From assembly GCA_047602405.1 (NCBI GenBank), contig JASGHJ010000001.1, forward strand, positions 608,001-672,000: a stretch of 64,000 bases of DNA, in the 5' to 3' direction. Both the position numbers and the translations under genes were made by a program. Shown here one piece after another: positions 1 to 9,409 of this stretch; the first letter of the stretch is position 1, and every line of letters begins with the position of its first letter. Below the pieces are notes generated by a model. It had not been told where the DNA came from, did not search any database, and saw only the letters and a program-made list of their open reading frames with translations. The DNA comes from Anaeromyxobacteraceae bacterium (GTDB lineage: Bacteria > Myxococcota > Myxococcia > Myxococcales > Anaeromyxobacteraceae).

Positions 1-906
1 GACCGGCACCGGGACACCCGCCTCGCGGGCGAGCCGGACGAGCGCGCCGGGCTGGTCCTCGAGCTCCGAGGGCAGGCCCGCGGCGAGGTCGCGCTGCATG
101 GACACCGTCGCGTCGGGCGGCGAGGCGTCGATGCGTGCCATGACCCTCGCGACCGTCTCGTCCGGCACCGGCACCCCGCGCGCGCGGCCCACGGCGACGA
201 CCTCGCGGACCGCGGCCTCGAGGAGCGCGCGCGCCTCCGGCACCGCGCGGAGCGGCCCGCACGGCGTGCGGGCCGCGGCGGCGACGGTGCCCCACGGCTC
301 GACGAGCGCGAACTTCTCCCACGCGGCGCGCTCGACGTCCGCCTCGACGATCGCCTCGGCGCCCGCGGCCCGCAGGAGCCCGGCGAGCGCCTCGAGCCGG
401 CTCGAGGGCCGATCCTTCCCGGCGCCGAGCTCACCGGTGGTCACGCGCGGCGGCGCGCCGACGTGCTTCACCCGCCCCGGCGCCTCGACCCAGGAGAGCA
501 TGTGCGCGAGCCCGCCCACGACCTGCCCGGCGGGCAGCGCGGCGAGGAGCCGGCCGGCCGAGAGCACGCCGTTCTGCAGCGGCACCGCGAAGCCGCCCTG
601 GGCTCCTCGACGCGGGGCGAGCAGCGGGGCGAGCGTGGGCGCGACCGCCTCCACCTGCCAGGCCTTCACCGCGAGGAGCACGGCGTCCGCGGGCGCGAGC
701 CCGGAGGGCGCGTCGGCGAGGCCGCCCCGGAACCCGTCCGGCGGGACCGTGAAGCTCGCGACGGTGGAGTCCACGCGCAGGCCCTCCGCGCGGATCGCGG
801 CGAGCCCCGCGCCGCGCACCACGAGCCCGACCTCCACGCCGCTCCGCGCGAGGAGCCCCGCGAGCAGCCCGCCCACGCCGCCCGCGCCCACGATGGCGAT
901 CCGCAT
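1..906 (-). CDS. panE: 2-dehydropantoate 2-reductase (ketopantoate reductase) family, runs off the left edge of the window
   Basis: Manual minus-strand translation from ATG 906 gives MRIAIVGAGGVGG (Rossmann GxGxxG); C-terminal SMQRDLAAGLPSELE motif; no stop inside the window. Confidence 0.85.
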   Translation of the reverse strand, partial: MRIAIVGAGGVGGLLAGLLARSGVEVGLVVRGAGLAAIRAEGLRVDSTVASFTVPPDGFRGGLADAPSGLAPADAVLLAVKAWQVEAVAPTLAPLLAPRRGAQGGFAVPLQNGVLSAGRLLAALPAGQVVGGLAHMLSWVEAPGRVKHVGAPPRVTTGELGAGKDRPSSRLEALAGLLRAAGAEAIVEADVERAAWEKFALVEPWGTVAAAARTPCGPLRAVPEARALLEAAVREVVAVGRARGVPVPDETVARVMARIDASPPDATVSMQRDLAAGLPSELEDQPGALVRLAREAGVPVPV

Positions 907-978
907 GGCCCCATCATCGCCGGTCCCGCACCGCCGCGCGAGGCTTGCCGCCGAGGCGGCGCTCCCGAAGGTTCGAGC

Positions 979-1539
979 GTGCGCTTCGTCCTCCTCCTCG
1001 CCCTGCTGTCGGTCCCCGCCGTCTCACACGCCCAGGAAGCCTCGGACCCCGCCGCCGGTGCCATCGTCACCGACGAGGGCGCCACCGAGCTCCTCGGCCG
1101 GGTCTACCGCAAGGGCGACGTGATCCAGCTGCCGGAGGGCACGCTCACGATCGAGGAGGACGCACACCCCGGCGAGGAGCAGGGTGTCGGCTCCTTCACG
1201 GTGATCACGCCGACGGTGGTCACCCCCGGTGAGGGCCCGGTGGCGGCGGCCCCCGTCGAGGCCCGTCCCGTCGACGACGGCGCATGGGCGTCCTCCACCG
1301 GGCGCGGCGCGGCCCCTCCCTGCGAGGCGGAGCGCAGCGCGTTCATCGCCGAGCTGTGGCGCGGGTGGGGCGTCGAGGTCGAGGACCCCGCCGCGTTCCT
1401 CGAGGGGCTCGCCGGCGGGGACCCGGGCCTCGTCCTCTCCTGGCTCGCCTCGGCCGAGCAGACCATCCGGCCGATCGCCTGGTCGTCCGGGCTCCGGGCG
1501 CGCGCCGACGCGCTCGCCGCCTGCGCGCGGCAGCGGTGA
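979..1539 (+). CDS. hypothetical exported protein
   Basis: GTG 979 in ORF 463..1539 opens a signal-peptide-like segment (VRFVLLLALLSVPAVSHA); GC-rich third codon positions. Confidence 0.6.
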   Translation: MRFVLLLALLSVPAVSHAQEASDPAAGAIVTDEGATELLGRVYRKGDVIQLPEGTLTIEEDAHPGEEQGVGSFTVITPTVVTPGEGPVAAAPVEARPVDDGAWASSTGRGAAPPCEAERSAFIAELWRGWGVEVEDPAAFLEGLAGGDPGLVLSWLASAEQTIRPIAWSSGLRARADALAACARQR

Positions 1540-1576
1540 GCTTCCCCGCGGGGCCGTTCCGTGTCATTCGGTTGCC

Positions 1577-2194
1577 GTGGAGACGGCCACCGAGTTCCTC
1601 CTGCGCTGGCACTACCTCGGCCTCTTCCTCGTGCTGCTCGTCGAGGAGGGCGGGGTGCCGCTGCCGGTGCCCGGCGACCTCTTCATCGCGGCCATGGGCG
1701 TGCTCGCCTACCAGGGGCTCGCGTCCTTCTGGCCGACCGCCGCGATCGTCACCGCCGCGACCGTGCTCGGCGCCGGGTTCCTCTTCCTCGTGTCGCGCCG
1801 GCTCGGGCGGCCGCTGCTCCTCCGGATCGCCCGCCGCTTCGGCTACACCGAGGCGCGCGAGGCGCGCGTGGAGGGCTGGGTCCAGGGCCAGGGGCCGTTC
1901 GCGATCGTGGTGGGCCGGCTCATCCCCGGGCTCCGCATCGTGCTCACGGTCGCGGCGGGCGCGCTGCGCGTCGACGGGCGCGTGTTCGCGATCGGCACGA
2001 CGATGGCGGGCGTGGTCTGGGCCACGCTCTACTTCTGGCTCGGGTGGTTGCTCGCGAAGGGCTACCGCACGCTCGGCCCCGGAGCGGGCGCCTGGCCGCT
2101 GCTCGCCGGCCTCGTCGTCGCCGGCCTCGGCCTGCTCGCGTGGCGCCTCGCGCGGAGCCGGCGCGGCCAGGAGGACGAGCCCACGCCGCGCTGA
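1577..2194 (+). CDS. DedA family membrane protein
   Basis: EEGGVPLPVPGD and GRLIPGLR motifs plus hydrophobic helices. Confidence 0.85.
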   Translation: METATEFLLRWHYLGLFLVLLVEEGGVPLPVPGDLFIAAMGVLAYQGLASFWPTAAIVTAATVLGAGFLFLVSRRLGRPLLLRIARRFGYTEAREARVEGWVQGQGPFAIVVGRLIPGLRIVLTVAAGALRVDGRVFAIGTTMAGVVWATLYFWLGWLLAKGYRTLGPGAGAWPLLAGLVVAGLGLLAWRLARSRRGQEDEPTPR

Positions 2195-2278
2195 GCCGGA
2201 CGGAGGGTGTACGCTCCGGGACGGCCGACCTCCATCCGGTGCTCGCACATCCACGCACCGCGAAGCAGGTTTCCCGAG

Positions 2279-2647
2279 GTGGGGGGCGCACTGATCATCC
2301 GACGGATCCTCCTCGTGGAGGACGACCCGGGCTCGCGAGACGCGATCCGGGCGCTGCTCGAGGCGTCCGGCTTCAACGTGACCGTCGCGTGCGACGGGCT
2401 CGAGGCCTGGGAGCTCCTCGCGCGTGGCCCCCGCCCGACCGCGGTCATCGCCGATCTCATCACGCCGCGCATGACGGGCAACGACCTCGTCGCGCGCATC
2501 CGGCGGACGCCCCGCCTTTCTCGCGTGCCGGTGATCGCGATGAGCGCCGCCGTGAACCAGGCGCGCAGCCCCGCCGCGGAGGCGTTCCTCGAGAAACCCT
2601 TCTCGAGGGAGCAGCTCGAGTGGGCGCTCCGACGGATCGGGGCGTGA
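2279..2647 (+). CDS. single-domain response regulator (receiver domain)
   Basis: ILLVEDD...ADLITPRMTG...VIAMSA...FLEKPF; start uncertain. Confidence 0.85.
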   Translation: MGGALIIRRILLVEDDPGSRDAIRALLEASGFNVTVACDGLEAWELLARGPRPTAVIADLITPRMTGNDLVARIRRTPRLSRVPVIAMSAAVNQARSPAAEAFLEKPFSREQLEWALRRIGA

Positions 2648-2696
2648 GGCCGGGCCCGGAGGTGGGCGGTCCGCGCCGCCCACCCCCTCGAGTCGC

Positions 2697-3563
2697 CTAC
2701 GGATGCCCGGTCGTCTTGTCGGCGTGGCAGGTGCCGCACTTCATGCCGGACGCCACCGGCTGGACGGTGCTCGTCGCCGGGTGGCAGGTGACGCAGGTGG
2801 CCGACTGGGCGTCCCGCGCGGGGGCGGTCCAGGTGCCCGCGCCCGCGAGGTACGTGTTCAGCATCTCGGCCACCTTGCCGGCCACGTCGGCCGTGAGGCG
2901 CGCGCAGCGGGCCTTCTTGTCGGCCCCGCCCGCCGACACGCCGTTCGCCGCGCACCAGTCGGAGACCGAGGCGTGGCACAGGTGCGAGTTCGGCGCCCGC
3001 TGCAGCTGCACGATGCCCGCCGCGGTGAAGTTCTTCGTCGTGCCGGTCTCGGCCGCGTCGACCGCGGTCGGGACGTAGGCCGGGAAGGCGTAGCCCTCGT
3101 ACCAGCGGAGGAGCTCGGTCATCATCGCGTTGCGCGCGTCGGCGTTCGCCACGATGGAGTTGATGATGAGCGTGCCGCCGAGCGCGGCGCCGCAGATCGA
3201 GCCGTAGCTCGCGATGCCGCCCCCGCCGAACTTGCCGAAGTCCTTCGGCATGAGCGAGAAGGGCTTGCCCACGGTGTCGGCGAGGTGGCCGAGCAGCGCG
3301 GCGTACGCGCCGTGGCAGCAGCCGCCGGCGTAGTAGCCGTGGTAGGCGACCTCGCGGACGGCCGCGGCGTCGAGCTGGTAGGTCGACGGCAGGTGCTGCT
3401 CGTACGGGAAGTCGGCGACCTGCGGCCCCGGATCCACGGGGGTGGTGTCGGTCTTCTTCTCCGAATCCTCCCCGCACGCGGACAGGCTGCCCAGGGTCAT
3501 CGCGCCGGCCAGCGTCAGGCCGGCCTTCGCCAGGAGGTTGCGCCTCGAGAGTTCGTTGCTCAC
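2697..3563 (-). CDS. C-GCAxxG-C-C family / split-Soret cytochrome c-like Tat lipoprotein with two CxxCH motifs
   Basis: SRRNLL twin-arginine signal, LSAC lipobox, GGCCHG, GSICGA, LCHAS, RCARL, C-terminal CVTCH and CGTCH; GAGGAG RBS before GTG 3563. Confidence 0.8.
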   Translation of the reverse strand: MSNELSRRNLLAKAGLTLAGAMTLGSLSACGEDSEKKTDTTPVDPGPQVADFPYEQHLPSTYQLDAAAVREVAYHGYYAGGCCHGAYAALLGHLADTVGKPFSLMPKDFGKFGGGGIASYGSICGAALGGTLIINSIVANADARNAMMTELLRWYEGYAFPAYVPTAVDAAETGTTKNFTAAGIVQLQRAPNSHLCHASVSDWCAANGVSAGGADKKARCARLTADVAGKVAEMLNTYLAGAGTWTAPARDAQSATCVTCHPATSTVQPVASGMKCGTCHADKTTGHP

Positions 3564-3878
3564 GGTCCTGCTCCTCGCGTCGGGTTCAGCGGCGCCGCCC
3601 TCGGCGCCATGGAGGGGCATGCTCCGCGTGCACCCTGCGTTAAGTCAAAGTGGTTCAGCGACGCAGGGATACGCGCGCGGAATGGCTCGGCTTCGCGCGC
3701 CTCGGCGCCGCGAAGGTGTTAACCCTCGAAGAATCTGCGCGAGGGTGGCCCGCCCGGGCCATGCGGCTGCGCGGCTGCGCCGCGAACCGCGGCGTGGGCG
3801 CGCAGGCGAGACCTCCCCCGCCCGGACCCTCGGTCCGGAGCGGCCACGCAACCCGTTCGCGGGCGACGCGGTGGCCGC

Positions 3879-5237
3879 CTACGGGCCGCCGACGAGCCCG
3901 GCCAGCTCGCCGAGCTCCGTGGCGCAGACCGCCGCGGCGAGGCCGAGCCGCTTCATCCGCTTCCAGAGCGTGACCCGCGAGATGCCGAGCGCGCGGGCGG
4001 CGCGCGTGCGGTTGCCGCCGGCCGCGGCGAGCGCCGCCTCGAGGGCGGCGCGCTCCTCCTCCGGGGCGCGCGCCGCCGCCGGCGGGGGCTCGGGCACGAG
4101 CCGGAGCGCGGCCGGCAGGTGCTCGCGGCGGAGCTCGGCGGCGCCCTGCGCGGCGAGGGCCGCGAGCTCGATCACGTGGAAGAGCTCGCGCACGTTCCCC
4201 GGCCAGCCGTGCGCCTCGAGGGCACACACCGCGTCGGCCGCGAGGTGCGGCCGGCCGGGGAGCCGGGCCAGCGCGGCGAGCGCGAGCTCGCCCACGTCGG
4301 AGGCGTGCTCGCGAAGCGGCGGCACGCGGAGCGGGAACGCGGCCAGCCGGAAGAAGAGGTCCGGCCTGAGCCGCCCCGCCGCGACGAGCGGCCGGAGATC
4401 CTCGAGCGCGGTCGAGAGGAACCGGACGTCCACCGACGTGCGGACGCCGCCCCGCTCCACCGTGCCGTCCTCGACCACCCTGAGGAGCCGCGCCTGCGGC
4501 GCCGCCGGGAGATCGCCGAGCGCGTCGAGGAGGAGCGCCCCGCCCTCCGCCTCGGCGATCGCCCGCTCGAGGCCGGCCTCGTCGAGCCCCGCGCACGCGA
4601 CCCGGACGAGCGGGCCGGCGGCGCGTGGGCCGAGCCGGTGGATGGCGCCGGCGACGGCGTCCTTGCCCGCCCCGCTCTCTCCGAGGAGGAGCACCGGCGA
4701 CCGGGCGCGCGCCACGAGCTCGATCATCCGGAACAGCTCGAGCATCACCGGGTGGCGCCCGAGGAGCCCGACGTACCGGCCCGCCACGTCGCCGCGGGCG
4801 TAGGGCGCCTCGCACGCGGACTCCACAGGCCCGACGGCGGCGAAGCTCTCCACGGCCCCGAGGGGCTCGCCCCGATCGCCGAGCAGGGGGACCGCGTTCT
4901 TGACGATCACGAGCACCCGGCCGTCCCGGGTGCGGATGGCGCACTGCTTCGACGACTTGCCGGTGCGGGCGAGGTCGCAGCGCAGCGGGCCGCCGCCGCA
5001 GGCGCAGCCGTTCTCGAGATCGCCGGCGAAGAGCGTGCAGCGCCGCCCGACCGCCTCGGCGCGCGACCAGCCGGTCACCTCCTCGGCGGCGCGGTTCCAG
5101 AAGGTGATCGTGCCCTCGAGGTCGGTCGTGAAGAGGCCGTCCGGCACGAGGTCGCCGAGCGCGCGGATGCGCGCCTCCGAGCCGAGGCCGAGGAGCGGCA
5201 GCGCCGGCGAGGCGGTCTGGGTGGGCGGGTGGGTCAT
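3879..5237 (-). CDS. PAS-AAA-Fis HTH transcriptional regulator (degenerate NtrC/bEBP family)
   Basis: PAS (FWNRAAEEVTGW), Walker A GESGAGKD, RPDLFFRL, WPGNVREL, HTH GNRTRAARALGISRVTLWKR; GAFTGA absent. Confidence 0.85.
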   Translation of the reverse strand: MTHPPTQTASPALPLLGLGSEARIRALGDLVPDGLFTTDLEGTITFWNRAAEEVTGWSRAEAVGRRCTLFAGDLENGCACGGGPLRCDLARTGKSSKQCAIRTRDGRVLVIVKNAVPLLGDRGEPLGAVESFAAVGPVESACEAPYARGDVAGRYVGLLGRHPVMLELFRMIELVARARSPVLLLGESGAGKDAVAGAIHRLGPRAAGPLVRVACAGLDEAGLERAIAEAEGGALLLDALGDLPAAPQARLLRVVEDGTVERGGVRTSVDVRFLSTALEDLRPLVAAGRLRPDLFFRLAAFPLRVPPLREHASDVGELALAALARLPGRPHLAADAVCALEAHGWPGNVRELFHVIELAALAAQGAAELRREHLPAALRLVPEPPPAAARAPEEERAALEAALAAAGGNRTRAARALGISRVTLWKRMKRLGLAAAVCATELGELAGLVGGP

Positions 5238-5267
5238 CTCCCTCGGGCCGATGATAGCCCGGGAGCG

Positions 5268-6026
5268 TCAGTTCCGCGCGACGCGCTGTCGCGGCGACGT
5301 TCGCGCCCAGCGCCCCCGGATGGGCGCCTCCTCCGTCAGCTCCCGGAGGTGCTTCACGAGCGCGGGCTTCGTGCCCGGCACGAGCTCGAGCTCCTCGGCG
5401 AGCGAGAGGTGCAGGACCTCGACGCCGTCGCGGTGTACGAGCGAGTAGCCGAAGGAGCGCCCGTTGCCGAGGTCGATGCGGGTCTCGCCGATCACCGCGA
5501 TGACCTGATCGAGCACGACCTCGCAGCTCGCCTGCGCGCCCGCGTCCGGCGCGCGGCAGCGCTCGATGATCAGGTTCCCGCCCGGGCGGAGCGCCGCCCA
5601 GACCGAGTAGCCGCGCTTCGTGGGGTCGTGCGCCGTCGAGGTGATCCAGCGCTCCGTCCCGGTGAGCCGCGCGACCGGCGCGGCCTCGCGGCGCGCGGGG
5701 AGGACGGTGAAGTCCGGGACCGCGCCGGGCTGGGGCAGGCCGGCCTGCGCCGGTCCGGGCCGCGCCTGCGCCGGCCGCGGCGAGGCATCGCGGGGAGCAC
5801 CGGGGACGGCGCGCCCGGCGGCCTCGACCGGCGCGATCGCTCCGGCGACGGCCTGGGGCTCGACCTCGGCGGCGGAGGGCTCCGCGGCCGGCGGCCGGAT
5901 CAGGTGCCAGACGCGCTCGACGTTCTGCCCGACCACGATCCCGAGCAGGAGCAGGATCACGCCGGCCTGGACGACGACCGCTCGCGGGGCCACGAGCCAC
6001 CGGGTGACACCGAGATCGTTCTTCAT
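5268..6026 (-). CDS. hypothetical membrane-anchored protein
   Basis: ATG ORF with an N-terminal TM helix, Pro/Ala linker and globular C-terminus. Confidence 0.6.
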   Translation of the reverse strand: MKNDLGVTRWLVAPRAVVVQAGVILLLLGIVVGQNVERVWHLIRPPAAEPSAAEVEPQAVAGAIAPVEAAGRAVPGAPRDASPRPAQARPGPAQAGLPQPGAVPDFTVLPARREAAPVARLTGTERWITSTAHDPTKRGYSVWAALRPGGNLIIERCRAPDAGAQASCEVVLDQVIAVIGETRIDLGNGRSFGYSLVHRDGVEVLHLSLAEELELVPGTKPALVKHLRELTEEAPIRGRWARTSPRQRVARN

Positions 6027-6184
6027 TGGAGCACCCTAGGCGGCCCGGACCCACACTGGCTGTGATGAAGGTCACGGGCCTACCGTCCCGGATGGGACGC
6101 GATCCCGCCGCGGGAACCCTCCGGCAGGGCGCGGCCACCGGCCGCAGTGCCGCGCCTCGCGCGCGCTCCCCAGATTCAGAGGCG

Positions 6185-6421
6185 ATGAGCCCACCCGTCC
6201 ACGCGATGGCAGCCCGGGACGCGGTCGCCGCCTGCCTGTTCGTCCTGCTGTCGATCGGCCTCGCGTGGACCGTCGCCGGCGGGGCCGAGGACTGGGCCCG
6301 GCGGCTCGGCGTGGTGTTCGTGGGGGCGGTGGTGATCGGGCTCGCCCTCGCCGCGGTGGCGGCGGTGGCGGGGATCACCCGGCGCCTCTCGGTGCGCGGC
6401 CCGAGTCACCGCCGGACCTGA
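6185..6421 (+). CDS. small two-TM membrane protein
   Basis: ATG 6185 after GAGG; two hydrophobic stretches. Confidence 0.5.
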   Translation: MSPPVHAMAARDAVAACLFVLLSIGLAWTVAGGAEDWARRLGVVFVGAVVIGLALAAVAAVAGITRRLSVRGPSHRRT

Positions 6422-6429
6422 GCCCAGGG

Positions 6430-6999
6430 TCAGCCGCCGGCGCCGGCGGGCCGGTAGCGGAGCACCACCGCCCCGGACCGGAGCTCGTGGCGCTCCACGA
6501 GCGTGAGCACCGCGCGCTCGCGGAGCCCGGCGAACAGGGTCGGTCCGTGGCCGGTCAGCACCGGGTGCACGATGAACTCGTACTCGTCGATGAGCCCCAG
6601 GTTCGCGAGCGCGAGGGGGAGGGTCACGCCGCCCACGAACAGCCCCTTCCCGGGCAGCGCCTTCAGCCGCCGCACGGCCTCGCCGAGGTCCCCGCGCAGG
6701 AGCTCCGCGTTCCAGTCGACCTCCGCGAGCGTGCTCGAGACGACGTACTTCTTCGCGGCGTCGATGGTCCGCGCGAAGGGCACCATCCACGGCGCCCCCC
6801 ACTCCGGCGCCTGGCCCGTGCGCGCGACCGGTCGCCAGGCCTCCTCCATCATCCGGTAGACGACGCGGCCGAAGATCAGGGCGTCGGCCTGCGCGAGGCT
6901 CGCCGCGGCGTGCTGGTGCAGCTCCTCGTCCGGGATCCCCACCCGGTGATCGACGCAGCCGTCGAGGGTGACGTTGATGGAGTAGCGCAGCGGTCTCAT
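6430..6999 (-). CDS. dihydrofolate reductase-like / RibD C-terminal domain protein
   Basis: SINVTLDG, FGRVVY, KYVVSSTL, GLIDEY..IVHPVLTGHGPTLF; start overlaps the upstream stop (ATGA). Confidence 0.85.
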   Translation of the reverse strand: MRPLRYSINVTLDGCVDHRVGIPDEELHQHAAASLAQADALIFGRVVYRMMEEAWRPVARTGQAPEWGAPWMVPFARTIDAAKKYVVSSTLAEVDWNAELLRGDLGEAVRRLKALPGKGLFVGGVTLPLALANLGLIDEYEFIVHPVLTGHGPTLFAGLRERAVLTLVERHELRSGAVVLRYRPAGAGG

Positions 7000-7865
7000 C
7001 GGGGCTCCGGCGCCGCCAGGAACTCCTCGATCATCGGCACGACCCAGGCGGCGTGCGCGCCGAGGACGGCGTCGTGGGTGGTGAGGGGGAGGATGGCGAG
7101 CCGCGCCCGCGGGATCAGCCGCGCGAGCGCGACGGCGTGCTCGGCCCGCACCACGTCCGCGTCGCCGGCCACGACGAGCGTCGGCGCCGTCACCGCCTTC
7201 ACCCGCGCGTCGGGCCAGTCGCGGAAGGCGAGCAGGCGGTCCGCGGTCTTCCGGAAGTAGGACGGGAGCCGCTCGGGGTGGGGCGAGGTCGCGCGGTAGA
7301 CCGCGGCGTACGCCGGCGGCACGTCCGCCACGGTCGCGCGCGCCATGCCCTCGAAGAACCCGGGCTGCAACCCGTCGCGCTTGACCATCCCGGAGATGAA
7401 GACGACCCGGCGCACGAGCCGCGGGTGGCGCGCGGCGGCCTCGAGCGCGATGGTCGCGCCGTTCGAGAAGCCCACGAGGTCTGCCCGGTCGATCCCGAGG
7501 TGCTTCAGGAGCGCCGCGGTGTCGTCGGCCGAGCCCTCGAAGGTGAACGGCCGGTCGACGTCGGCGGTCCGCCCGTGGCCTTGCTGGTCGAAGGCGATCA
7601 CGCGGTGCGTGCGCGCGAGCAGCGGGAGCGCGGCCGCCCACGTGGTCTCGATGGCGGGGTCGCCGCCGTGGAGCAGCACGAGCGGCGTGCCGCCCTCGGG
7701 GCCGTGCACCTCGTAGTAGAGGCTGAGCCCGTTCACCGGCGCGAACCCCCGCGCGACGGGCGGCGCCGAGGGGATCGCCGGGGGAGGCAGCGGTGGCGCG
7801 GCGGCCGCGAGGGCGGGCGGCGAGGCGAGCGCGGCGAGCAGGAGGAGCGGCGGCGAGAGGGCCAT
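6996..7865 (-). CDS. exported alpha/beta hydrolase
   Basis: Signal peptide, LLHGG, DQQGHGRT, nucleophile elbow GFSNG. Confidence 0.85.
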   Translation of the reverse strand: MALSPPLLLLAALASPPALAAAAPPLPPPAIPSAPPVARGFAPVNGLSLYYEVHGPEGGTPLVLLHGGDPAIETTWAAALPLLARTHRVIAFDQQGHGRTADVDRPFTFEGSADDTAALLKHLGIDRADLVGFSNGATIALEAAARHPRLVRRVVFISGMVKRDGLQPGFFEGMARATVADVPPAYAAVYRATSPHPERLPSYFRKTADRLLAFRDWPDARVKAVTAPTLVVAGDADVVRAEHAVALARLIPRARLAILPLTTHDAVLGAHAAWVVPMIEEFLAAPEPR

Positions 7866-7894
7866 GCCGGATTGGACACCGGCAGGCGCCGGGA

Positions 7895-9253
7895 TCATCG
7901 CGCCCGCTCGGGTCGCCACCGCACCGCGAGCGTCGCCAGCGCGGCGACCGCGAACGAGGTGAGCGAGGCCGAGAGCCAGGGCGGCGGGGGGCTCCAGCCG
8001 AGCGCGCCCTGCGCCCGCGTCCAGAGGTCCGACCACCCCGGCACCGTGCCGGGGTTGAGGAGCTGGTAGGCCGCGAAGCCGAGCACCCACGGCACCGTCA
8101 TGAGCGGCCGCGCGGGCGCGAGCGGGCCGGCCTCCCACCGCCCGCGCCGGAGCAGGTAGTAGTCGACGAGCAGCACGGCGAAGAGCGGGATGAAGACCGA
8201 GCCGATGAGGTAGAGGAAGTTCTGGTACTGCGCGACGTCCACGACGAGGCCGAGCGCGGTCGCCACGGCGCCGACCCCGACCGCCAGCAGCCGCCGATCG
8301 AGCGCGGGCCCGAGGTTCTGGGCCGAGAGCGCGGTCGAGTAGACGTTCGCGAACGCCTCGTCGACCTCGTCGAGCACGAGGATGGCGAGCGCGACCCCGC
8401 CCGCCGGGAGCGCGATCAGCGCGCCGAGCGGATCGGCGCCCGCCCCGGGCAGCGCCCGGACCGCGAGCACGCCGAGGAGGAAGTAGGCCGTCGCCGCGAG
8501 GCCGAAGCCCACGAGCGCGCCGCCGAAGGCGTCGCGCGGGCGCCGGGCGTGGCGCGCGTAGTCCGCGGCGAGCGGCGCCCAGGAGATCGGCAGCGCCACC
8601 ACCACGTCGAAGCCGAGCCAGAACCCCTGCCACGAGCCGCCCGCGGGCGCGGCGGCGCCGCGGCGGAGCACCTCGTAGAAGAGGTAGGCGGTCGCGGCGA
8701 GCACGAGCCAGACCGCGTACCGGCGCAGCCCCTGGACGAAGCCGAGCGGCCGGAGCGCGAGCGCGGTCGCGAGCGCGCCGGCGCCGAGCACGAAGACCTC
8801 CCGCGGGATCGCCGGGAAGAGCCGCGAGGCCCCGTCGGCGATGATCGCGACCTCGACCGCGGCCCACCCCACGCACTGCGCGATGTTGAGCGCGGTCGGC
8901 GTCCACGAGCCCCTGCGCCCGAGCAGCCCGCGCAGGAGCACCATCGCCGGCGCGCCGGTCTCGGCGCCGGGCACCGCGGCGAGCGCGAGCACCAGGCTGC
9001 CGATCAGCGTGCCGAGCACCACCGCGGTGATCGCGGCGGCGAGGCCGAGGGGCGGCAGTGCCGCCGACGGCTGGAGCACGAACGCGCCCGCGACGGGCAC
9101 GGTGAGCGTGATGCCGAGGTTGCCCCAGAGCGCCACCTGATCGGCGAGGCCCAGCGTGCGCGGCGGCGCCTCCGCGAGCGTGCGGGGCGCGTCGTGCGGG
9201 GTGGTCTCGGAGGTCGCGCCCAGGGTGCCGGACTCTCTACGACGGATGCCCAC
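7895..9253 (-). CDS. NCS1 purine/cytosine permease family transporter (CytX-like)
   Basis: About 12 TM segments, NIAQCVGW, SWAPLAADYARH, DEAFANVYS; start uncertain. Confidence 0.8.
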   Translation of the reverse strand: MGIRRRESGTLGATSETTPHDAPRTLAEAPPRTLGLADQVALWGNLGITLTVPVAGAFVLQPSAALPPLGLAAAITAVVLGTLIGSLVLALAAVPGAETGAPAMVLLRGLLGRRGSWTPTALNIAQCVGWAAVEVAIIADGASRLFPAIPREVFVLGAGALATALALRPLGFVQGLRRYAVWLVLAATAYLFYEVLRRGAAAPAGGSWQGFWLGFDVVVALPISWAPLAADYARHARRPRDAFGGALVGFGLAATAYFLLGVLAVRALPGAGADPLGALIALPAGGVALAILVLDEVDEAFANVYSTALSAQNLGPALDRRLLAVGVGAVATALGLVVDVAQYQNFLYLIGSVFIPLFAVLLVDYYLLRRGRWEAGPLAPARPLMTVPWVLGFAAYQLLNPGTVPGWSDLWTRAQGALGWSPPPPWLSASLTSFAVAALATLAVRWRPERAR

Positions 9254-9409
9254 ACGAGGAAAGGGGGAGTACGCCGCGGTACGCCGCGATGCGCCATGCC
9301 CGGCCGCCCGATCCTTGACGCTCGGTCGAGGCTGTCGCGCGGGCCTGGGCTTTTCGCCGGAGGGAAAGTTGTCCTAGCGTCGAGGGTCGTCCGGCTCGCT
9401 GGGGGTCGC

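Noticed and set aside
3570..3870. Sigma-54 -24/-12 promoter upstream of the cytochrome gene
   Set aside because: The TGGC candidates I checked lack the GG-N10-GC spacing, and the neighbouring regulator lacks GAFTGA.
9254..9409. TPP riboswitch expected upstream of the CytX-like transporter
   Set aside because: No CTGAGA or CCTGAT...GCGTAGGGA core found on the minus strand.
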